Below are positions 1 through 6,169 of a stretch of 11,632 bases of DNA, one piece after another. Each line of letters starts with the position of its first letter. Positions within the stretch are counted from its first letter, which is position 1. The DNA is from Calditrichaceae bacterium (lineage in GTDB: Bacteria; Calditrichota; Calditrichia; Calditrichales; JBFXGD01). The notes under the pieces are model-generated. The model was not told the origin of the DNA and did not search any database. It saw only the letters and a list, made by a program, of their open reading frames with translations. Location of the stretch: contig JBFXGD010000111.1 in the NCBI GenBank assembly GCA_050178385.1, positions 1-11,632 on the forward strand, written 5' to 3'. The translations under genes and the position numbers were made by a program.

Positions 1-251
1 ACAGCATCGGGCGGTGCGCTGAACAGAAAAAAACTGCTGTCGGAAACCATAACAAGTTCAAGGGAGATGATCAAAACCGATGTCGCGAAAATGGGTATGG
101 GTTCCAGTACCCAGAAAAGAGTCGCCATGACAAAGATAGCGATAAGCCGCTGTTCAACAACAGATATATTATCAATCGGAATCCATTGGCCGGGCATAAT
201 CAGAATCAATACCGGAATGATAATCGCAATGGCTGGTTTGATATAACGCAT
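1..251 (-). CDS. DASS/SLC13-family Na+/anion (dicarboxylate/sulfate) symporter, N-terminal fragment running off the window edge
   Basis: Hand translation from ATG at 251-249 (GGAG at 260-257) gives MRYIKPAIAIIIPVLILIMPGQWIPIDNISVVEQRLIAIFVMATLFWVLEPIPIFATSVLIISLELVMVSDSSFFLFSAPPDA with no stop. LFWVLEPIPIFATS matches the WxxExxP N-terminal signature of DASS transporters. Not in the supplied ORF track. Confidence 0.85.
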   Translation of the reverse strand, partial: MRYIKPAIAIIIPVLILIMPGQWIPIDNISVVEQRLIAIFVMATLFWVLEPIPIFATSVLIISLELVMVSDSSFFLFSAPPDA

Positions 252-321
252 ACAGACTCCGTTTTTTACTTATAATGTGCAGCAAGGCGGTGAATTTAAA
301 TAGAAATATAATATTCAACAA

Positions 322-339
322 GGATTAATAAATTAATCC
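322..339. promoter_or_regulatory. Perfect inverted repeat, possible operator in the divergent promoter region
   Basis: GGATTAAT-AA-ATTAATCC: 8-bp arms, 2-bp spacer, between the divergent transporter and hppD. Function is inferred. Confidence 0.35.
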
Positions 340-560
340 CGCATACCATCCATAAACTATGTTTTCTGAACTCAGATTAAAGATAGTCAGAACTCTGATT
401 TACATGATTAGATGAATACTCTGATATTCACTTCTTAATTATCTCCATCATTGAATCATAGTTCAGATATTTTCCCTTCTTCAATTCCTAATTCTTACTT
501 TCTTCCTGCTCGAACAGAAAATTCGCCCCGAAGAATCTTATTTCCTCAATCCTTCCGTGA

Positions 561-588
561 TTGACAATAGCTCACAGCATACTATAGC
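561..588 (+). promoter_or_regulatory. Possible sigma70-type promoter for hppD
   Basis: Consensus -35 TTGACA at 561-566, but only a poor -10 candidate (TATAGC at 583-588, 16-bp spacer). Confidence 0.25.
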
Positions 589-593
589 TCTTC

Positions 594-683
594 TCTTTTT
601 TCTTTTATCTTTTTTCTTTTATCTTATCTTTCCTACTTCCTACTTCTTACTTTTTACTTCTTCCTCATTTTTCTCATTCCTCA
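594..683 (+). repeat. Degenerate pyrimidine-rich heptamer tandem repeats
   Basis: TCTTTTT-TCTTTTA twice (594-621); TTCCTAC, TTCCTAC, TTCTTAC, TTTTTAC (630-657); TTCCTCA (661-667), TTTCTCA (670-676), TTCCTCA (677-683). No G from 588 to 685. Confidence 0.8.
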
Positions 684-708
684 CAGAATAAAATCGCCCC
701 TCTGTGAG
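680..708. promoter_or_regulatory. Hairpin/inverted repeat in the hppD leader
   Basis: CTCACAGA (680-687) and TCTGTGAG (701-708) form a perfect 8-bp stem with a 13-nt loop, ending 45 nt before the hppD ATG. No long U-tract follows. Confidence 0.45.
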
Positions 709-753
709 TTAAGAAAGGTACATTTTGATAAAAGTAAATTCAGGAGTATTTGC

Positions 754-1845
754 ATGAAAGCGCCATTCGAAATAATGGGTATCGATCATGTAAGTTTTAT
801 CGTGGGAAACGCCAGACAAGCGGCCCATTATTATCAAACACAATTCGGTTTCGAGCCGGTGGCCTACAGCGGGCTGGAGACCGGAAACAGGGACAGCGTA
901 TCCTACGTTCTTCAGCAGAGTAAAATTCGTTTTATACTATCATCACCTTTAAGCGCTGATTCAGAATTAAATGAACATATCAGACTGCACGGCGACGGAG
1001 TCAAAAACGTTGCCTTTTGGGTGAATGATGCCCGGGCCGCGTGGGAGTACGTCACGGGTAACGGGGCAGTCTCAACACTGCACCCAACTGTTGCCGATGA
1101 TGAAAATGGAGAAGTCAAGATCGCAACGGTGAAAACCTTTGGGGACACCGTGCACAGTTTTGTTGAACGAAAATCATATAACGGTGTGTTTCTGCCGGGA
1201 TATTTTCCGTATCGTTCGGCGCTGCGCACTGAACCCGTGGGCTTGAATTACATCGATCATTTTGTGGGCAATCAACCGGAAGGTGAAATGACCAGAGTAG
1301 CGGAATGGTATGAAAAGGTTTTCGGATTTCACCGTTTCTGGTCAGCGGATGACAAAGACATTTCCACCGAACACTCGGCTCTTAGATCGGTTGTGGTCGC
1401 GAATGAGAACGAACGCGTAAAAATGCCTATAAACAGACCCGCGGCGGGGCTTCGCAAATCTCAGATAGAGGAATTTGTGGAATATTACTCGGGGCCGGGT
1501 ATTCAGCATATCGCCATGGAGACAAAAGATATTGTTCGTACAGTTGGTAAATTGGCCGCAAACGGCGTTGAATTTTTGGATGTGCCCGGATCGTATTATA
1601 ACGAACTACCGGATCGGGTCGGAAAAATAGATGAAGATCTCACCGCGCTTTCAAAGCTGGGGATACTCGTGGATAAGGATGAGTCAGGCTATATGCTGCA
1701 AATTTTTACAAAACCTGTCCAGGATCGCCCGACATTATTTTTTGAAATCATCCAGCGAAAAGGATCACAGAGTTTTGGCAAGGGAAATTTCAAAGCGTTG
1801 TTTGAAGCCATTGAAAGAGAACAGGACCGCAGAGGAAATCTGTAA
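754..1845 (+). CDS. hppD: 4-hydroxyphenylpyruvate dioxygenase
   Basis: 363 aa. Fe facial-triad motifs IDHFVGN, GIQHIA and LFFEIIQR; C-terminal FGKGNFKALFEAIEREQ; HGDGVK; SQIEEF. RBS AGGAG at 742-746. Confidence 0.97.
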   Translation: MKAPFEIMGIDHVSFIVGNARQAAHYYQTQFGFEPVAYSGLETGNRDSVSYVLQQSKIRFILSSPLSADSELNEHIRLHGDGVKNVAFWVNDARAAWEYVTGNGAVSTLHPTVADDENGEVKIATVKTFGDTVHSFVERKSYNGVFLPGYFPYRSALRTEPVGLNYIDHFVGNQPEGEMTRVAEWYEKVFGFHRFWSADDKDISTEHSALRSVVVANENERVKMPINRPAAGLRKSQIEEFVEYYSGPGIQHIAMETKDIVRTVGKLAANGVEFLDVPGSYYNELPDRVGKIDEDLTALSKLGILVDKDESGYMLQIFTKPVQDRPTLFFEIIQRKGSQSFGKGNFKALFEAIEREQDRRGNL

Positions 1846-1866
1846 AAATATTTTTTCAGTTTTTTT
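1840..1866. promoter_or_regulatory. Near-perfect palindrome over the hppD stop followed by T7 (operator-like or weak terminator)
   Basis: CTGTAAAAATATTTTTTCAG (1840-1859, one mismatched pair), then seven T (1860-1866). The core reads TGTAAA-N6-TTTTCA. Confidence 0.3.
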
Positions 1867-1985
1867 GATACATTGAATCTATTAGTTTACAGATTAATCC
1901 GGTTCCCCATAAGCGCTGTATCTGATTTACAGACTCTGTTAAGTTTATCGTCAGATTTAAATTCACTTTTGCAGATAAAAAATAT

Positions 1986-2969
1986 ATGAAATTACTTTCA
2001 TTTTCTAATAAGAAAGATAACAGACAGCGCGCGGGGATATTTCTTCATGACCGGGTTATTGATCTGGAGAAAGCGGCGGTTTGGGCAAAAGTCCAAAACA
2101 ACTACAGTGCCGATCTTACCCCGCCTGTGACCGTGAACGCGTTGTTAAAGGAATGGAGCAGTTCTTTTCCAAAACTGACAGGTTTATTGGAAATTTTGTT
2201 AAATGTTAATCCTGCTGACCTAAACGTCGATGGTCAGTCCGCTGTTGTTCAATCATCTGATGTGATATTTCATCCTCCTGTATCAAATCCGCCATCATTC
2301 AGGGATTTCTACGCTTTTGAACAGCATGTAAAAACGGCGCGCGCGCTCAGGAAATTGCGAATGATTCCGGAGTGGTACGAATTTCCCGTTTTTTATTTTT
2401 CAAATCCAAACGCCTTTCTCGGTCATGGTCAGAGCCTGCGGAAGCCAGAATATACGCGGGAACTGGATTATGAACTTGAAATCGCCTGTATCATCGGCAG
2501 GCAGGGCAGGGATATTCAACCGGAAAATGCCGCGGATTATATCGCCGGTTACTCGATATTAAATGACTGGTCAGCGAGGGATATTCAAAGACAAGAAATG
2601 CGCGTGGGACTGGGACCGGCAAAGGGAAAAGATTTTGCATCGAGCCTTGGGCCATACCTTGTCACACCGGATGAAATAGAGGGTTTGCGTAAAAACAAAG
2701 GATATCTTCTAAAAATGACCGCGAAACGAAACGGACGGTTGCTTTCTGAAGGTAACTTCGCGGATATTACATACAGTTTTGAAGAAATGATCGCCCGCGC
2801 CTCACAGGGAGTTACCTTGTTCCCGGGTGATGTTATCGGATCGGGAACCGTGGGAACAGGGTGTATTCTGGAATTGAGACCGGAGCAGGCAGGCGGATGG
2901 ATAGAGAAAGGGGATCTCGTTGAGCTTGAAATTGACCGATTAGGAATTTTAAGTACTCTTGTGGATTAA
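1986..2969 (+). CDS. fahA: Fumarylacetoacetate hydrolase family protein (probable fumarylacetoacetase of the homogentisate pathway)
   Basis: 327 aa. FAH motifs RDFYAFEQH, PVFYFSN, LDYELE, NDWSARD, KGKDF and GDVIGSGT; located between hppD and hmgA. Confidence 0.88.
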   Translation: MKLLSFSNKKDNRQRAGIFLHDRVIDLEKAAVWAKVQNNYSADLTPPVTVNALLKEWSSSFPKLTGLLEILLNVNPADLNVDGQSAVVQSSDVIFHPPVSNPPSFRDFYAFEQHVKTARALRKLRMIPEWYEFPVFYFSNPNAFLGHGQSLRKPEYTRELDYELEIACIIGRQGRDIQPENAADYIAGYSILNDWSARDIQRQEMRVGLGPAKGKDFASSLGPYLVTPDEIEGLRKNKGYLLKMTAKRNGRLLSEGNFADITYSFEEMIARASQGVTLFPGDVIGSGTVGTGCILELRPEQAGGWIEKGDLVELEIDRLGILSTLVD

Positions 2970-3013
2970 ATTGTGTTAATTATCGCATGTCGGCATGAAA
3001 AATAGGAGTTAAC

Positions 3014-4123
3014 ATGAAATTCTTTTACATCATGATTCTTTTCCTGGTTTTGAGTTCATCTGCCGCTGAATTTAAAAGCGGAGAGTCCGTGAAAGTTGTT
3101 AACGGTGATACCATGTTGACGGATTTATTCGCCGGAGCCGGTAGTGTCGATATCCGGGGATATATTAAAGGTGATCTCTATACGGGTTGTGAAACAGTAA
3201 ACATTGAGGGTGTAATTGAAGATGATGTCATCGCGGGTTGCCGTCGGTTAATCTTGACCGGAAAAGTCAATGATATGGTAATTAGCGGCGGGGAAAGTGT
3301 CGTTATTGACGGTGAAGTCGGAGGCGATGTTCTTGTGTACAGCGGCAGTCTCAAGATTACGGATCGCGGATTAATCAGGGGAAATGTAATCACCGGTTCC
3401 GGTGAGTTCCGGCTGGAAGGCGGGCGGATTAATGGATCTGTTCGTGGAAGTTCCCGGAATTCTTTTTTAAACGGATTTATAGGCGAAGGTGTCGATCTTG
3501 AAGCCCACAATATTGATTTTGGTCCTGATTATTCGTCCCCGATGGGTACAAAATTAACAGTAACGAGAAAAATGGATATCGATAAAATTCCGTTTCGTCC
3601 GGGGGATCTTGAAATTATTATCAAACCGGAATCATCCTTCTATCAGACAAAGTTTTTTTATTGGGGAATTTTGGCCATGTTTGTTGTCGGGATCATCCTT
3701 AGTTTGTTTTTTAAGCCATTTTTAAAAAATTTAACAAGCTCGATGACCGAAAGAGTGGGTTACGGCTCCGGTATAGGATTTCTTTTTCTTGTATTGACGC
3801 CACTGACGATTACAATACTGCTGGTCTTGATCATTACCATCCCTGCGGCTCTGATTTTAGCGGCGGTTTACCTTATTACAGTATATATCGGAATTATCAT
3901 TACAGGTTTATTCATCGGAAATTATTTACAAAAATTGCTGATAAAAGGAGAAGAACCGGGAAATTTGATTCTTTCAATGCTCATAGGTATCGTTTTAATC
4001 GCGCTGTTCCGGGAGATACCCAGAATAGGATGGTTGATTGATGTGGGCGCGGTCTGTCTGGGCGCCGGAAGTCTATTATTGTATTTGTGGGATCTGACGC
4101 AGACAGGTGTCCGAAAAGCTTGA
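3014..4123 (+). CDS. Membrane protein with signal peptide, bactofilin-like (polymer-forming cytoskeletal) beta-helix repeats and a C-terminal multi-TM domain
   Basis: 369 aa. N-terminal MKFFYIMILFLVLSSSAA is signal-peptide-like. About 7 repeats of ~17 aa (e.g. GDLYTGCETVNIEGVIE, DDVIAGCRRLILTGKVN, DMVISGGESVVIDGEVG). About 5 hydrophobic helices after residue ~210. RBS AGGAG at 3004-3008. Confidence 0.75.
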   Translation: MKFFYIMILFLVLSSSAAEFKSGESVKVVNGDTMLTDLFAGAGSVDIRGYIKGDLYTGCETVNIEGVIEDDVIAGCRRLILTGKVNDMVISGGESVVIDGEVGGDVLVYSGSLKITDRGLIRGNVITGSGEFRLEGGRINGSVRGSSRNSFLNGFIGEGVDLEAHNIDFGPDYSSPMGTKLTVTRKMDIDKIPFRPGDLEIIIKPESSFYQTKFFYWGILAMFVVGIILSLFFKPFLKNLTSSMTERVGYGSGIGFLFLVLTPLTITILLVLIITIPAALILAAVYLITVYIGIIITGLFIGNYLQKLLIKGEEPGNLILSMLIGIVLIALFREIPRIGWLIDVGAVCLGAGSLLLYLWDLTQTGVRKA

Positions 4124-4242
4124 CGGAATCCGCGGCAATGCGTTAAAGGATAGATAAACAATGGGAATTTTAAGAGGAAGGCGAAACATTGAGATTCTAA
4201 AGATGGTTCAATGTAGAAAATGAAGGTAAATGAAGGAAACAT

Positions 4243-5400
4243 ATGCCATATTATATAAAAAGAGGTGAAATCCCCCCGAAGAGGCATATTCAGCATCGTG
4301 GCTCAGACGGAAGTTTAAGATACGAGGAACTGATAAGCCGGGAGGGTTTTTCGAATATCTATTCAAATGCCTATCACATTTATCCTCCAACCCGGATAAA
4401 AAAAGTCGGGTCATTTAAACCGGTTAAAATGACCCCTGCAACAGATTCTACGCACCGGCACAGACATCTCGAAACATTTAAATATGCACCATTTGGAGAC
4501 TGGATTAGTGGGCGCCGGCTGCTTGCCTATAATAACGATGTCGTAATGTCAACCATCTGTCCTGAAACAAACGCGGACTTTTTTTACAGAAATGGGAATG
4601 CGGATGAAGTAATATTCGTACATCGCGGGCGGGGAATGCTGAAAAGTCAGTTTGGAGACCTGCCGTTTGAAGACGGTGATTATATTGTCATTCCGGGCGG
4701 TACGCTTTATCAGTTTAAGTTTGAAAGTGATGATACACGTCTGCTGGTCATCGAATCGTTTGGTCCGGTTGAGCCTCCAAAGCGGTATGTCAATAAATTC
4801 GGGCAGCTTCTTGAGCACGCCCCCTATTGTGAACGTGATATTATTGTGCCGGAATTTTCAGGCCCGATTGATGAAACCGGGGATTTTAAGATTTTGTTGA
4901 AACTCAGAACCGGAATCCAGGAGTACACTCTCGCGCATCACCCTTTTGATCTTGTAGGGTGGGATGGTTATTATTATCCCTGGATTTTAAACATTGGTGA
5001 CTTTATGCCAATCGTAGGGAAGCTGCATCAGCCTCCTCCGGTACACCAAACCTTTGCCGGACCTGGATTTGTAATCTGCTCTTTTGTCCCGAGGCTGTTC
5101 GATTTTCACGAATTATCCATCCCGGCGCCATACAATCACAGCAATGTGGATAGTGATGAAGTGCTGTATTATGTAGAAGGTGATTTCATGAGCCGCAAAG
5201 GTGTCAGTCAGGGATCAGTCACCATCCATCCCGCGGGTATTCCGCATGGCCCGCACCCGGGTCGCTATGAGGAGTCAATCGGAAAGAAAAAAACCGAAGA
5301 GCTGGCGGTGATGCTGGATACATTCAAACCGCTTATAATTGCCAAAGATGCGGATGAAATTGATGATCCGGCTTACCCCTTAAGCTGGCTTGAAGGATAA
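4243..5400 (+). CDS. hmgA: Homogentisate 1,2-dioxygenase (short type)
   Basis: 385 aa. HPFDLVGWDG, HQPPPVH, Fe-ligand motifs PYNHSNVDSDEVLYY and HPAGIPHGPHPG, ELAVMLDT; clustered with hppD and the FAH gene. Confidence 0.95.
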   Translation: MPYYIKRGEIPPKRHIQHRGSDGSLRYEELISREGFSNIYSNAYHIYPPTRIKKVGSFKPVKMTPATDSTHRHRHLETFKYAPFGDWISGRRLLAYNNDVVMSTICPETNADFFYRNGNADEVIFVHRGRGMLKSQFGDLPFEDGDYIVIPGGTLYQFKFESDDTRLLVIESFGPVEPPKRYVNKFGQLLEHAPYCERDIIVPEFSGPIDETGDFKILLKLRTGIQEYTLAHHPFDLVGWDGYYYPWILNIGDFMPIVGKLHQPPPVHQTFAGPGFVICSFVPRLFDFHELSIPAPYNHSNVDSDEVLYYVEGDFMSRKGVSQGSVTIHPAGIPHGPHPGRYEESIGKKKTEELAVMLDTFKPLIIAKDADEIDDPAYPLSWLEG

Positions 5401-5436
5401 ACAGGTACAATAAACTGAACAGACCGGAAGGCAATA

Positions 5437-6057
5437 ATGATAATTGATCCAAAGAAGCAGACATTTAAAGAAAATTACAAGTTGATGATCGGAAGTATTT
5501 TACCTCGACCGATCGCATTTGTCTCTACGATTTCGCCGAATGGCGTCACAAATCTGGCGCCATTCTCATTTTTTACCGGAATAACATCGCAGCCGCCAAC
5601 CATATGTTTTTCACCGACCCGCAGGGGAAACGACGGACATAAAAAGGATACTTTGAATAATATCGAACAGACCGAAGAATTTGTAGTCAATATTGTGACG
5701 GAGGGAATCATTGAGCAGGTAAATGACGCCGCGACCGAATTCCCTCCCGAGATCAGCGAGTTTGAACAAACGGGACTCACGCCTGTAAAGTCAGAGATGG
5801 TTAAACCGCCGAGAGTAAAGGAATCACCCATAAGCTTTGAATGCAAATTGTATAGGATCATTGAAATCGGACCCGCTGAACAGGGCGGAGGATTCTTAGT
5901 GATTGGTGAAATTGTGCTCTTTCATGTGGATGATGAGCTCCTAAAGAACGGTCGGATCGACACAGGGCTGTTAATGCCGGTAGGGCGATTGGCCGGGGCT
6001 GAGTACACGACACTCGGCAGGCGTTTTTCATTGGAACGTAAAATATATAAACCATGA
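5437..6057 (+). CDS. Flavin reductase-like FMN-binding protein (DIM6/NTAB/flavoredoxin type)
   Basis: 206 aa. PRPIAFVST, NLAPFSFF, KKDTLNNI, EFVVNIV, SEFEQTGLT, PPRVKESPISFEC and GRLAGAEY are typical of this split-barrel family. Confidence 0.92.
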   Translation: MIIDPKKQTFKENYKLMIGSILPRPIAFVSTISPNGVTNLAPFSFFTGITSQPPTICFSPTRRGNDGHKKDTLNNIEQTEEFVVNIVTEGIIEQVNDAATEFPPEISEFEQTGLTPVKSEMVKPPRVKESPISFECKLYRIIEIGPAEQGGGFLVIGEIVLFHVDDELLKNGRIDTGLLMPVGRLAGAEYTTLGRRFSLERKIYKP

Positions 6058-6169
6058 GGTTCGAACGATAGCTCATGTTCTATGGAAAATTCTGATGAAT
6101 TTAATTCGATGAGCCGATCGGATCCGATAATTCTCAGAGATCATTTATGTAATTAATCTGGAGAATCTT

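Noticed and set aside
271..276. TATAAT as a promoter
   Set aside because: It is on the plus strand about 480 bp from hppD with no -35 or TG extension, and in the wrong orientation for the transporter gene.
594..683. Repeat tract as a CRISPR array or mobile-element end
   Set aside because: Units are 7-nt low-complexity repeats without unique spacers; no cas or transposase gene and no target-site duplication.
680..708. CRP site or intrinsic terminator
   Set aside because: TCACA and TGTGA half-sites are in the wrong order and spacing for CRP (TGTGA-N6-TCACA), and only two T follow the stem.
754..1845. Hydroxymandelate synthase rather than HPPD
   Set aside because: The hmgA/FAH context and the retained Asn and C-terminal FGKGNF motifs favour HPPD, and there is no NRPS context.
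1961..1988. No Shine-Dalgarno before fahA suggesting a pseudogene or wrong start
   Set aside because: The ORF is intact with a typical MKLLSF start, and A-rich SD-less leaders are common.
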